A DNA stretch of 64,000 nucleotides from Phyllobates terribilis. Its lineage: Eukaryota. The notes below the pieces were generated by a model, which had not been told where the DNA came from, searched no databases, and saw only the letters and a program-made list of their open reading frames with translations. The stretch lies in contig NW_027362761.1 of NCBI RefSeq assembly GCF_046119375.1, positions 63,488,001-63,552,000 of the forward strand, in the 5' to 3' direction. Positions 20,668 through 34,069 of this stretch are shown in pieces (position 1 is the first letter of the stretch; each line of letters begins with the position of its first letter). A program made the position numbers and the translations under genes.

Positions 20668-20978
20668 CTTCATGTCAGCAGTCTGTATGAGCTGTAGGCC
20701 ACAACCACGATTTCCTATGATATCATTCTCTGTGATGGTCCCATCCCCCTTGGAGATAATGCCGTGACTTCTGTTGTCATAAATGCCGTTTCCACGCAAC
20801 TCCACTCTGCAGCCTGTTTCCACGTGGACACCACTCAGTCTGTTGCAAGAGATGCTGTTATTTCCAATGCGTACAAGCTGAGTGCTCTGAAATACTGCCA
20901 CTCCACTGTCATGGTTGGCATGTACGGCATTAGCTATGATATTCAGTGCTTCACTGCTCTTAATGTAGAGCCCCGCAG
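20668..20978 (-). CDS. FBXO10: FBXO10 coding exon, PbH1/parallel beta-helix repeats
   Basis: ttgcag acceptor, gtacag donor; AAGLYIKSSEALNIIANAVHAN...VELRGNGIYDNRSHGIISKGD...TADMK; 311 nt, phase 1 to 0. Confidence 0.92.
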
Positions 20979-21384
20979 CTGCAACAGAGAACAACACCGT
21001 TTACTAAAATTCAGGCAAAAAAGGAGAGAAGAAAATGCAACATTAGAGGCTATTACTGATTATGTCATACTCATGGCAAGTCGCTTTCAATCATGTGTTG
21101 TCCTACAAATAATGTAGTTTTTGTCTCTAGCCCTAGGCTGTGTTTAAAAAAGTGGATATAATTGTATCTCGTCTAGGCAGTGCTCTGTAGACTCTAGACT
21201 GATCAATTGTAGAAAACTACAATTAATTTCATCAGCAGCGCAAATGTACAGGTGTTTAGCTCACATACTGTAGAATTGCCTAAACTGCATATAATAGTAT
21301 TCACTTATCAGGCTGAAACAGGACAGACTGTGCAGGGCTTGCTATATAAAATAGGAAACCCCTTTTAAAGAGGACCTGTAAATA

Positions 21385-22519
21385 CCGTATATACTCGAGT
21401 ATAAGCCAACCCGAATATAAGCCGAGGCACCTAATTTTACCACAAAAAACTGGAAAAACATATTGACTTGAGTATAAGCCTAGGGTGGGAAATGCAGCAG
21501 CTAGTGGTAAATTTCCTCATCCTGGTATGCAATGTCCACTCATCACCAATCCTTGTATGCATTGCCCACTCATCACCATTTCTGGTATGCATGGCCCCCT
21601 CATCACCAATCCTGGTATGCATGGCCCCCTCATCACCAATCCTGGTATGCATGGCCCCCTCATCCCAAACCTGGTATGCATTGCTCCCCTCAACCCAATC
21701 CTGGTATGCATGGCTCCATTCAACCCAATCCTGGTGTGCATGGCCCCCTCATCCTCAATCCTGGTATGCATGGCCCCATCATCCTCAATCCTGGTATGCA
21801 TGGCTCCCCTCAACCCAATCCTGGTGTGCATGGCACCCCTCATCCCCAACCCTGGTGTGCATGGAACCCCTCATCCCCAACCCTGGTGTGCATGGAACCC
21901 CTCATCCCCAACCCTGGTGTGCATGGAACCCCTCATCCCCAACCCTGGTGTGCATGGAACCCCTCATCCCCAACCCTGGTGTGCATGGAACCCCTCATCC
22001 CCAACCCTGGTGTGCATGGAACCCCTCATCCCCAATCCTGGTATGCATGGCCCCCCTATCCTGGTATGCATGGCCCCCCATCACTGCACACATGAAAAAA
22101 ATAAACACTTCTACTCACCTTCCTTCCCTCTGATCCAGCTCTGCATCCTGTTCTGCCAGCAGCTGATCTCAGCATGTGAGCAGATCATGACATCACTGCC
22201 ATGCGCCCTCACACTCTGCTATCAGCTGTGGGGATATTCACTCCTCTCCACGCCGGGACTATGGGCGTGGAGAGGAGTGAATATTCATTCTCCTTAATAG
22301 CGCACACTGTTAGTCGCAGCCACAAGCTTCCTGCTGCGGCTCTGCAATCACGTGTGCAGCCGGCTACCACTACTGCCTGTGCCCCGCTCCACCGCCGCCC
22401 CCCCCCACCAACACTATCCACAGCCGGAATGTAAGTATATACTTGAGTATGAGCCGAGGGGAGCTTTTTCAGCATAAAAAATGTGCTGAAAAAGTCGGCT
22501 TATACACAAGTATATACGG
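21385..22519. mobile_element. Tc2/pogo-like (CCGTA-terminal) MITE carrying a ~30-bp minisatellite
   Basis: TA TSD; CCGTATATACTCGAGTATAAGCC / GGCTTATACACAAGTATATACGG. Confidence 0.8.
21530..22078. repeat. ~30-bp minisatellite (ATCCTGGTATGCATGGCCCCCTCATCCCCA-like)
   Basis: Tandem copies visible directly; source of the long repetitive ORFs here. Confidence 0.9.
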
Positions 22520-22749
22520 TAGCTCAAAATGTGAATAGTTTTTGCTCTTATTTTATTCTTGCTTCTCACAATGATGTGTTTTGTTTTTGTAAATCTGCCA
22601 TATCGCTCCAGAGATGGGGACTTTTTATTTAGTGCCAATTTTTATGGTCTTTAGCAAAAGGGCATGGATTACAGGATTAGTCGGGGGCGTGTCTTTAGGC
22701 TGCTCTGCCTTATTATCCTGTGAGCACCACCCCTTTGTAAAGACCATAA

Positions 22750-23633
22750 GGCTGTGTGCCCACTATGCATTTTTAAAGCATTTCCGCAGCGGCAATTCCG
22801 CTTAAAAAACGCTTGGTAGAAGGCCTGCCATGTCCCCCAATGATAATCCGCATGTGCTGTGCACATGCTGTGGAAATTTCCGCTGCGGATTATCATTGCG
22901 GAAAAATAAGCAGCACTACCAATTATTTTGTGGAAGCGCGGCGTTTTTGCCGCCATTGACTTGCATTGGAATGCATGGAATCCGCATCACTACATCTGCA
23001 GATGCGGAATCCATGTGATTCAATGTGCGGATAGTACCCGGGTTTGGAGAAGAGGAGACTCTCATCCGGACACGGGTACCATAGAACCTGTAAAAAAAGG
23101 AATAAAATAAAAAATATACATTATACTTACCTTCTGATGGCCCCCGGTGTCCTTAGCGATGCGTCTCGGCTTGCCGGCAGCTCGCGATGGTCTGAAAAGG
23201 ACCTGTCATGACGTCATTTAGTCATGTGACGGGTCACGCAACTGCTGACGTCGGCAAGTCCCTTAGTGTACCGCGAGCCGCTGGCAAGCCAGGACGCATC
23301 GGATAAAGACACCGGCGGCCATCAGAAGGTAAGTATATATTTATTTTTTACCATTCTTTCGGTCACACTATATAAATCCATGCCGGTTGCATGGATTTAT
23401 ATAGTGTGACCAAGTTGTCAAGCACTTTCCAAGTGATGCTAAAATCGCCTGGAAAGCGCTTGTCAACCCGCATGCGGAAATGCATGTGAAGAACGCTTCA
23501 CATCTGCATGTCCCTGGCAGGAAAAAAGCATGTACAATCCGCATGTACGATCCGCATGTGTTTTTTCTGCCAGGGAGATGCAGAAACGCTCAGGAAAAAA
23601 TCCGGAGCATTTCTGCATCGTGGGCACATAGCC
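22750..23633. mobile_element. PIF/Harbinger-type MITE, second copy
   Basis: TAA TSD; same TIRs and internal hairpin as 15801-16671; inserted into an older palindromic MITE. Confidence 0.8.
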
Positions 23634-24269
23634 TAAAAATTAGCACCAAATAAAAAAGCCCCTATTTCTGGAAATGTATAGTGGATTTAAAAACAAACAA
23701 ACAAACAAAGGGCCAAAAACTGCCCACTTCTGACCTGTCCTCTTTAAGAGTGTTTGTCTATATTTGTACAGTGACTAGTAACAAGGTAAGGTAGTGTCAA
23801 ATGCTAATGAATTGTTTACTGGCTTATTATCCTGTGGTGTGAGTCTTTCCTATTGGACTACTTTTTAACTTGTACGAGAAATTTTACTAATCCAATCAGG
23901 GCCGGCGTCAGCACCCGGGCAAGTTGCCCGGGCCCTGAGCAGGCAGGGGGGGCCCACTCACCGTCGGGCACCCCGGCGCGCTATGGGACCCGTGAGCGGT
24001 GGTGCCGGTGTCAGCGCCCGCTGCCTCCCGCTGGCTCAGGGCCCCAGCACAATACTTACCTCTCCCCGTGCCTCCGCAGCAGCTCCGGTCTCTTCCGCGG
24101 CTGCTGCACTGTGACATCTCAGGTCAGAGGGTGCGTTGTCGTCTTTCCACCTCGCTCTCTCCTGAGTCGTCACAGCGCAGAGCGGGAAGATGCCGGCGCG
24201 GGTGAGGGGTCCGGAGCAGCGGCAGCAGGTGAGAAGTGAGGTGAGTATTTGATTTTTTATTTTTTTATA

Positions 24270-25030
24270 TATGTATGGAGGCATGGGGCATTATATGGGG
24301 GTGTGACATCCTGCATGGGGCATTATATGGGGGGCGAACAAGTGACCTCCTGAATGGGGCATTATATGGGGAGGGGGAAGGTGACATCCTGCATGGGGCA
24401 TTATATGGGGGGGGGGGGGGGAGGTGACATCCTGCATGGGGCAATTCCTGGGGGGGGGGGGGGGAGAGGTGACATCCTGCATGGAGCATTATATGGGGGG
24501 GGGGGGGGGAGAGGTGACATCCAGCATGGGGCATTATGTGGGGGCCAGTATTCTGTATGGAGCGTTATATGAGGACCAGTATCCTGAATGGAGTGTTATA
24601 TGGGGACCAGTATCTTGTAGGGAGCGTTATATGGGGGCCAGTATTCTGTATGGAGTTTTATGAGGGGGCCAGTATCTTGTATGGAGCGTTATATGGGGAC
24701 CAGTATCCTGTATGGAGCGTCATATGGGGACCAGTATCCTGTATGGAGCGTCATATGGGGACCAGTATCCTGTATGGAGCGTTATATGGGGACCAGTATC
24801 CTGTATGGAGCGTTATATGGGGACCAGTATCTTGTATGGAGCGTTATATGGGGGGCCAGTATTCTGTATGGAGCGTCATATGGGGACCAGTATCCTGTAT
24901 GGAGCGTTATAAGGGGGCCAGTATCCTGTATGGAGCGTTATATGGGGACCAGTATCCTGTATGGAGCGTTATATGGGGTCCATTATTCTGTATGGAGCAA
25001 TATATAGGGCCAATAATGCTGTATGGAGGA
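24270..25030. repeat. G-rich ~30-bp minisatellites (two unit types)
   Basis: GGGGCATTATATGGGGGGG...GTGACATCCTGCAT units followed by ATGGGGACCAGTATCCTGTATGGAGCGTTAT units. Confidence 0.9.
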
Positions 25031-25158
25031 CTATACCTTCCGGTCTGCACTGTGCGCTGCGAGGATTCTCCAGTTTCTGAGCCATTGTAGAATTTGCAAT
25101 AGATATCGCTCATGTAATGTAAGAAGTGAAATCTTTGGCACTGTACTATATATATATA

Positions 25159-26406
25159 CAGTACAGACCAAAAGTTTGGACACACCTTCTCATTTATAGA
25201 TTTTTCTGTATTGTCATGACTATGAAAATTGTACATTCACACTGAAGGCATCAAAACTATGAATTAACATAGGGGTCATTGTCCTGTTGAAAAATAAAGG
25301 ATGGTCCAACTAAACGCAAACCGGACGGAATAGCATGCCGCTGCAAGATGCTGTGGCAGCCATGCTGGTTCAGTATGCCTTCAATTTTGAATAAATCCCC
25401 AACAGTGTCACCAGCAAAGCACCCCCACACCATCACACCTCCTCCTCCATGCTTCATGGTGGGAACCAGGCATGTAGAGTCCATCCGTTCACCTTTTCTG
25501 CATCGCACAAAGACACGGTGGTTGGAACCAAAGATCTCAAATTTGGACTCATCAGACAAAAGCACAGATTTCCACTGGTCTAATGTCCATTCCTTGTGTT
25601 CTTTAGCCCAAACAAGACTCTTCTGCTTGTTGCCTGTCCTTAGCAGAGGTTTCCTAGCAGCTATTTTACCTGCTGAACAAAGTCTCCTCTTAACAGTTGT
25701 TGAAGAGATGTGTGGCATTGACCTGGTCTCTAATCTGAGCTGCTGTTAACCTGCGATTTCTGAGGCTGGTGACTCGGATAAACTTATCCTCAGAAGCAGA
25801 GGTGACTCTTGGTCTTCCTTTCCTGGGGTGGTCCTCATGTGAGCCAATTTCTTTGTAGCGCTTGATGGTTTTTGCAACTGCACTTGGGGACACTTTCAAA
25901 GTTTTTAAAATTTTTTGCACTGACTGACTTTCATTTCTTCAAGTAATGATGGCCACTCGTTTTTCTTTACTTAGCTGCTTTTTTCTTGCCATAATACAAA
26001 TTCTAACAGTCTATTCAGTAGCACTATCAGTTGTGTATCCAACAGACTTCTGCACAACACAACTGATGGCCCCAACTCCATTTATAAGGCAAGAAATCCC
26101 ACTTATTAAACCTGACAGGGCACACCTGTGAAGTGAAAACCATTTCCGGTGACTATCTCTTGAAGATCATCAAGAGAATGCCAAGAGTGTGCAAAGCAGT
26201 CATCAAAGCAAAAGGTGGCTACTTTGAAGAACCTAGAATATAAGACATATTTTCAGTTGTTTCACACTTTTTTGTTAAGTATATAATTCCACATGTGTTA
26301 ATTCATAGTTTTGATGCCTTCAGTGTGAATGTACAATTTTCATAGTCATGAAAATACAGAAAAATCTTTAAATGAGAAGGTGTGTCCAAACTTTTGGTCT
26401 GTACTG
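25159..26406 (-). mobile_element. DD38E Tc1 element, internally deleted copy
   Basis: Same termini as 11416-13046 in a TA run; the C-terminal part of the transposase and part of one TIR are deleted (junction ~25268). Confidence 0.88.
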
Positions 26407-26695
26407 TATATATTTCTCTGCGGTATCTGTGCATCATGAATCGTGGTATGTGTTAAAGGGGCCCACTGAGACTCTTTCGCCCGGGGCCCACAAAAACATG
26501 GAGCCGGCCCTGAATCTAATGGATAGTGCAAGATTTTGTAGTCTCTAAAGTCAGCAAGTCTTACACCACACTTACCTACCATGTAGGATAGAAGAAATAT
26601 TTACCCTTTGCTTACTATACTTTTCAATAAATTGCTCTGAAAAATATGAACAACCGAAAAATCATTTACATTTATCTAGTCTCTTCCCACCTCAC

Positions 26696-26971
26696 CTCCA
26701 TTGTGGTTAATACTGTTGGACTCAACAAGTGCTACATTTATTGGCCTCCGTGATGAGAAGCGATCATCTTCACTATCCAAGTCATTTTCCCAGCTTGCTG
26801 CTTCCCCTTCATCATTAAAATTTTCATGTCCCGCCTGGTTAGCAGGATAGTCGCAGGCATCATCTTTCCGACAGAAAACAGCTACTCCATAAATGCTGTT
26901 GTGACCTATTTGGTTGCTAGTGATGTGAGGAAGGCTCGAAGACATAATCCACACTCCACAGCCTTTATTAC
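26696..26971 (-). CDS. FBXO10: FBXO10 coding exon
   Basis: ttctag acceptor, gtgagg donor; NKGCGVWIMSSSLPHITSNQIGHNSIYGVAVF...RRPINVALVESNSINHNG; 276 nt, phase 1 to 1. Confidence 0.92.
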
Positions 26972-27779
26972 CTAGAAAGCGTTAGAAAAAAAAACCATTT
27001 ACATACACTACATCAACCACAATGAAGATTTTCATATAACTACTGCAATGTAGACTCATTTCTATGTAGTATATAAATGTGTATTTGTGCCTTTATGTAT
27101 CATCCTTTTCACTTACCGTTTATGCTTTTAACATATAGCATCTTTTGCCCTGACCAATAAATGCATAGATATATACATTGTATGTACTGTATCTACTGAA
27201 CAATGTATCCTCAGAGGTCATAACTCGTAATAATACATTTTTATAACCAATTCAACCTCTTAGCGGTTTCATTTGTACTCTTTCTAAATTACCAGCCAGC
27301 CAATATAGCAATTTCTAGTCCGATACCATTTAAAAGAAGATTTCTAAGGCTCAATGCCATTTTCGTCAAGCACCCTTTCTCGACTTCAAGTCATTGTTTT
27401 CCCACTGAAAAGGCACTCTTCTGCCTTCTTACATTACTTCACTCTTGCTCAATTACAACCTTTAAGGTTCTATTCTGGTAATAGGAGGTATGATAATACA
27501 ATGCTAGAACAATTTTCCCGTGTTTTTCTAAACAGCTGCCTCTCTACTAGATGAAACTGTACATTCTGTTTCTGCACCAGCACTTGGGCTCTTTTCATCC
27601 AGGAAATATATTATGGTCATCATTCAACACCATGTGAGGTTTGCTTATCTGGTACAATTAGGCTTGTTCAGGGTGGCAGAGGACAACATAATGCAATCAC
27701 TGTCTAGACAAAACGTAACCGGCTGAGAAGACTGCCTCAATGTTCATTATTCTTGTCTTCTCAGTAAGAAATTGGACAT

Positions 27780-29385
27780 TAACTGTAGAAAAACAACATG
27801 GATCGCACATCTGAAAATCACACATTGATCCAATGCGGCTATCAATTTTTTTTCCAAAACTGAACTGAGGGTTTTAGTTGAACATTCTGATCAGACTGTA
27901 TGAAGCCCACTACCACATCACAGTAAACCTCAGTGGGTCCCTAGCCTAAAAGGTGCGGCGCCATGTGCCAACCGCCGCCGGAACGACAGCACCCATGCTG
28001 CAAGGCAAAGTCCCTATGGCTCCAGGCCACCACACCCCAAGTGTTTTTAAATTAGCAGGAGACTGCAAGAGGGCTTCCGCTTATGTTTTGCTCTCAGCTT
28101 GCAGCCTGAGAACATGTGGAAGGTGAGTTTTTTTTCTACTTGGTGTTAGTGCTGTGTGGCGGCCATTGCTCTTGTGATGGTGTGGTCTGGATCCTTGGCC
28201 TTATAGTATACATGTCAAATTCCAGCCCGTGAGCCAAATCTGGCCCGCAGGGGGGTTACATTTGGCGCATGACACCAGAGCCGCCACCCCTATGTGGGGC
28301 CATTATTCTGTATGGAGGACTATGTGAACGCCATTATACTGTATTGAGGACTATGTGGGGCCTATTATTCTATATGTAGGACTATCGGTGGGGGCCTATT
28401 ATACTGTATGGAGGACTGTGTGAGGCCCATTATTCTGTATGTAATACTATGGGGGGCCCATTATTCTGTATGAAGGACTGTGTGGGGCCATTATTCCGTA
28501 CGGAGGACTATGTGAGGCCCATTATTCCGTATGTAGGACTATGGGGGGCCCATTATTCCGTATGTAGGACTATGGGGGGCCCATTATTCCGTATGTAGGA
28601 CTATGGGGGGCCCATTATTCCGTATGTAGGACTATGGGGGGCCCATTATTCCGTATGTAGGACTATGGGGGGCCCATTATTCCGTATGTAGGACTATGGG
28701 GGGCCCATTATTCCGTATGTAGGACTATGGGGGGCCCATTATTCCGTATGTAGGACTATGGGGGGCCCATTATTCCGTACGTAGGACTATGGGGGCCCAT
28801 TATTCCATATGTAGGACTATGGGGGGCCCATGATTCTGTATGGAGGACTATGCGAGGCCCATTATTCTGTATGGAGGACTATGCGGGGCCCATTATTCTG
28901 TATGGAGGACTATGCGGGACCTATTATTCTGTAAGGAGGACTATGCGGGGCCCATTATTCTGTATGGAGGACAATGCGGGGCCCATTATTCTGTATGGAG
29001 GACTATGTGGGGCCCCTTATACTGTGTACTGGTTGGCCCGCGACTTTCTCCAATTTTTTCATTTTGGCCCTCTGTGTATTTGAGTTGGACATCCCTGCTT
29101 TATAGCATGGGTGCTGTGGAGCACCAGGTGGCTCCCCCTGCTGGTGCGCCATCACTCTGGTGGTGCGCCGTCACTCTGGTGGTGGACGGCACATGTCGCA
29201 GCACATTTTAGGCTAGGGACCCACTGAAATCTTTGCTGTGATATGGTAGTGGGCTTCATACAGTCTGAACAGATTGTTAAACTAAGAACCTCATGTCCAG
29301 TTTTGTAAATTTTTGCCTAGCTGCATTAGATCAATGTATGATTTTCGGATGTACGGCCAGTGTCTTTTTTTCTATAGTTATGAAA
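27780..29385. mobile_element. Old palindromic MITE interrupted by a hAT MITE
   Basis: Inverted arms ~27780-28000 and ~29100-29385 (CAGACTGTATGAAGCCCACTACC / GGTAGTGGGCTTCATACAGTCTG). Confidence 0.55.
28207..29097. mobile_element. hAT (Charlie-like) MITE with 29-30-bp minisatellite
   Basis: Right end GAGTTGGACATCCCTG; TSD CCTTATAG/CTTTATAG; tandem ATGGGGGGCCCATTATTCCGTATGTAGGACT at ~28290-29020. Confidence 0.7.
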
Positions 29386-30439
29386 TATATTTACTGTTGA
29401 TACTGTTACTATGTTTTTTTATTCAAACCAACTGGATATGCAATCTCTTAACAATAATATAATATATAATATTTTGATGTTTAAGATTTACTGGAGACCT
29501 ATCACTCTTGTAATCCCTCCCTACTAGCGGACACCATAACCACTGTAGATGAAGTAGTAATGGGTTAAACAGTCTGCTGTCTATCTATAGGAAACCAAAC
29601 AGCTTCTAATAGTGCTATTGATTTGCTATAAATAAACTGCTAAAATGTCATTTCCTAGAAAAAAAGGTGCTACACAAACATCTAGGCTTAAAAAGAGGTT
29701 CCATATAAAAAACAAAATTATTATGAAATGTGCCTAACATAATAAAAAACACCTTATAAGCTTAAATGGCTCAATTACCCAAAGTGCCTTGATTTTCAGA
29801 TTTCTACTCCTGATTCTTACTGAAATGAGCCAGTTAGACAGCAGTCTTTATATATTTCACAGATGGTGCATTTGTCAGGGCACAGAACAGGGGTGGATGT
29901 CTGGACATTAAGGAATCATGGACAACAAGTACATTAGTAAGTTGTATTAAGGGACCAAGAAGCTGTCTGTCATTTGGAAATGGACAGGCGGGCATACTAT
30001 ACAGCACTTCATATGTAGTGCAATGCATTATGTGAGCGATTTATGGATTGCATGTTCAAGACCCCTTTAAATATTGTTAAAATAATTTTAATAAGTGCAT
30101 AAAAAAATGTATCAGTGAACACTAACAGTGAAAATGAAAAAATGCTAGAATTGCTGTTTCTTTTTTTGCTTATCCTGCCTCCAAAAAACAGTATTAAATT
30201 AATAAAAAAAATAAAACGCTAGCTCCTGGGATGTGCTGACACAGAAACAATTTGTTTTGTCGAAAGCAAAAGTAGTAAAAAACTATATAAATTGGGTATT
30301 GCCATAATAGTACTAAACAGCAGTATAAAGTTCTGCCGAAATTGTTCCCCCCCAAAACATTTTTTTTAAAAATTCCTAGAAGTTCTACAATACATTCATT
30401 ATATGTATTGTATGCGCTTGGTCTGCAATAAACAAGGTC

Positions 30440-30720
30440 AAGCTCATGTGCGTATTTTTTTAGTTACTAAAGATAGAAATAAATTTGGCCAAGCTGGCAG
30501 TTTTCAGCCCAACATATTAATTTGGTTAAGTCAGCTACTAAGGGAATATATCCTGCTGACTTAGTATAACACAGCTTTACGTCAACTGCAAACACGGCTA
30601 AGTACTTCACTTCAAACACTATAGGATTTATAAAACACATTAAATAGCATCGGTCCCATGACAGAACTTCAGAGTGCACTATTAAACCACTTTCTGCACA
30701 TAATCTTTTCAAGAGTTTTC
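30440..30720 (-). pseudogene. CR1/L2-type LINE RT remnant
   Basis: Frameshifted SVMGPMLFNVF, AVFAVDVKLC (cf. FADDTKL) and WAENCQL motifs. Confidence 0.55.
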
Positions 30721-31099
30721 TATCAAAGTATTATCTGGACAAATTAAAGGAAACTAGACAGTAGGTTTTTACATATGGAAAAAGTAGTATGGCTGAATTA
30801 GTGCTTGTCCCTCTAGTACTTATTTTACTTGATGGACCTAGGTTTTTATTCAACCTACATTACTATGTTACTCTCTTATATAGCGCAATCATATTCTGCA
30901 GCGTATTGCAAACACTGTCATCACTGTCCCTATTGGGGCTCACAGTATAAATTCCCTATCAGTAGGTCTTTGGAGTCTGGCAGGAAACCCACATGAACAT
31001 TGGAGAACATGCAATCTCCTTAAGCCCTTTCTGATGTGATCAGTAATAGTACGTCCTTGTGCCCTGGGCCTATTGGGCCAGGGACGTACTATTCTTGTA

Positions 31100-32729
31100 C
31101 AGTACAGACCAAAAGTTTGGACACACCTTCTCATTTAAAGATTTTTCTGTATTTTCATGACTATGAAAATTGTACATTCACACTAAAGGCATCAAAACTA
31201 TGAATTAACACATGTGGAATTATATACTTAACAAAAAAGTGTGAAATAGCTGAAAATATGTCTTATATTCTAGGTTCTTCAAAGTAGCCACCTTTTGCTT
31301 TGATGACTGCTTTACACACTCTTGGCATTCTCTTGATGAGCTTCAAGAGGTAGTCACCGGAAATGGTCTTCCAACAATCTTGAAGGAGTTCCCAGAGATG
31401 CTTAGCACTTGTTGTCCCTTTTGCCTTCACTCTGCGGTCCAGGTCACCCCAAACCATCTCAATTGGGTTCAGGTCTGGTGACTGTGGAGGCCAGGTCATC
31501 TGGCGTAGCACCCCATCACTCTCCTTCTTGGTCAAGTAGCTCTTACACAGCCTGGAGGTGTGTTTGGGGTCATTGTCCTGTTGAAAAGTAAATGATGGTC
31601 CAACTAAATGCAAACCGGATGGAATAGCATGCCGCTGCAAGATGCTGTGGTAGCCATGCAGGTTCAATATGCCTTCAATTTTGAATAAATCCCCAACAGC
31701 GTCACCAGCAAAGCACCCCCACACCATCACACCTCCTCCTCCATGCTTCACGGTGGGAACCAGGCATGTAGACTCCATCCATTCACCTTTTCTGTGTCGC
31801 AGAAAGACACGGTGGTTGGAACCAAAGAACTCAAATTTGGACTCATCAGACAAAAGCACAGATTTCCACTGGTCTAATGTCCATTCCTTGTGTTCTTTAG
31901 CCCAAACAAGTCTCTTCTGCTTGTTGCCTGTCCTTAGCAGTGGTTTCCTAGCAGCTATTTTACCATGAAGGCCGGCTGCACAAAGTCTCCTCTTAACAGT
32001 TGTTGAAGAGATGTGTCTGCTGCTAGAACTCTGTGTGGCATTGAACTGGTCTCTAATCTGAGCTGCTGTTAACCTGAGATTTCTCAGGCTGGTGACTCGG
32101 ATAAACTTATCCTCAGAAGCAGAGGTGACTCTTGGTCTTCCTTTCCTGTGGCGGTCCTCATGTGAGCCAGTTTCTTTGTAGCGCTTGATGGTTTTTGCAA
32201 CTGCACTTGGGGACACTTTCAAAGTTTGCCCAATTTTTCGCACTGACTGACCTTCATTTCTTAAAGTAATGATGGCCACTCATTTTTCTTTACTTAGCTG
32301 CTTTTTTCTTGCCATAATACAAATTCTAACAGTCTATTCAGTAGGACTATCAGCTGTGTATCCACCAGAGTTCTGCACAACACAACTGATGGTCCCAACC
32401 CCACTTATAAGGCAAGAAATCCCACTTATTAAACCTGACAGGGCACACCTGTGAAGTGAAAACCATTTCCGGTGACTACCCCTTGAAGCTCATCAAGAGA
32501 ATGCCAAGAGTGTGCAAAGCAGTCATTAAAGCAAAAGGTGGCTACTTTGAAGGACCTAGAATATAAGACATATTTTCAGTTGTTTCACACTTTTTTGTTA
32601 AGTATATAATTCCACATGTGTTAATTCATAGTTTTGATGCCTTTAGTGTGAATGTACAATTTCCATAGTCAGGAAATTACAGAAAAATCTTTAAATGAGA
32701 AGGTGTGTCCAAACTTTTGGTCTGTACTG
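31100..32729 (-). mobile_element. DD38E Tc1 element, full length; single nonsense codon at codon 12
   Basis: TA TSD. ATG at 32315, TGA at 32280-32282, then 338 open codons to 31263. Confidence 0.92.
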
Positions 32730-34069
32730 TATATCGTGATCGCGCCCGCACACAAGCGGTGCGATGGCCACCGGGTGTTAGCTCACCCGATGCTATGTGC
32801 TGGGACTGGTCCCGCACCGCTCCCAGCACATTAACCGCGATCGAACTTAATCTCAGCATTCCGGGAGCAAGAGGAGGCAAGCGTATTTACCTCTTCTCCG
32901 GCGTACAGCGATGTCTGAGCCGGTTTCCAGTGGTTGTCATGGTGATCTGGATGTCGTCATGACAACATTCGGGTCACCAGACAGCAAGAAGTTACTTTGA
33001 TCATGCGCAGTGCGCGATCAAAGTAACTTCTCCCTCTGCAGCTCTCCTGAGCTATACAGGAGGTCAGAATGTAAAAAGTGAAAGTCCCATAGTGGGACAA
33101 TGTGTAAAAGTAAGAAAAGTGTAAGAGAGTGAAAAAAAAAAATTGTAAAAATATAAAAAAAAAAAAAATGAAATAAAGAATCCAAAAAAATAATATTTAT
33201 GGGTACAGTATTTTTATGAAAAAAACCCCCCCAAAACAATAAAAGTACACATGTGGTATCGCCACGTCGGAACAACCTGACCTATAAAACTGTCCCACTA
33301 TTTAACCCTTTTAGTTAAAAAAATGCAATAAAATGCGACCAAAAAGACGAATGTAAATAAAAATGGTACCGCTGAAAACGTCATCTTGTCCCACAAAAAA
33401 CAAGACGCCATACAGCTCCATCAGCCGAAAACTAAAAAAGTTATACCTCTCAGAATAAAGCGATACAAAAAAAATATTTTCCTATTAAATAGTTTTTATT
33501 GTGTAAAAGCGCCAAAACATAGAAAAACTATATAAATGCGGTACCGCTGTAAACGTACTGACCATAAGAATAACGCTACCTCATCAATTTTACCACACGT
33601 AGAACGGCATAAAAAAAAGCCCAAAAAAACAATTCCTGAATTGTTGGTTTCTGTTTATTCTGCCTCCCAAAAATCTGAGTAGAAAGTGATCTAAAAATGT
33701 CACATGCCCGAAAATGGTACCAATAAAAATGTCAAATTGTCCCGCAAAAAACAAGCCCTTACATGACTGTCGGCCGAAATATGGAGAAATTATAGCTTTC
33801 AAAATTTGCCGATGCAAAAACTAGTCTTTGCAACAAAAAAAAAAAAGCGTCTTTTAGTGTGTGACATCTGTCAGTCATAAAAACCCGATATGAATCTGGT
33901 ATCGCTGTAATCGCACTGACCTGAAGAATAAAGTCGTCTAATCACTTATACCGCACGAGGAACGGCGTAAAAAATAAACTCAGGGGTTAGGGTTGGGCTA
34001 GGGTTAGGATTTTTTCAAAATTAAAGAAAAAAAAGAAAAAAAATTAAAGAAAAAAAAATGACGATGATA

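Larger units (their letters stand above)
23897..26512 (+). mobile_element. Non-autonomous hAT element with minisatellite and nested Tc1
   Basis: CAGGGCCGGCGTC...GAGCCGGCCCTG; TSD AATCCAAT/AATCTAAT. Confidence 0.85.

Noticed and set aside
21437-22297. Overlapping Pro/His/Trp-rich ORFs (also at 24265-25090, 28840-29211, 63578-63889 and 3595-4115)
   Set aside because: Minisatellite translations inside MITEs; open in multiple frames, with no domain.
28500-28820. Regular ~30-bp repeats resembling a CRISPR array
   Set aside because: Head-to-tail repeats with no unique spacers, no cas genes and a eukaryotic context.
29863-29935. Plus-strand exon-like segment (TTTCACAG ... GTAAGT)
   Set aside because: Isolated, no partner exons, and the translation resembles nothing I recognise.
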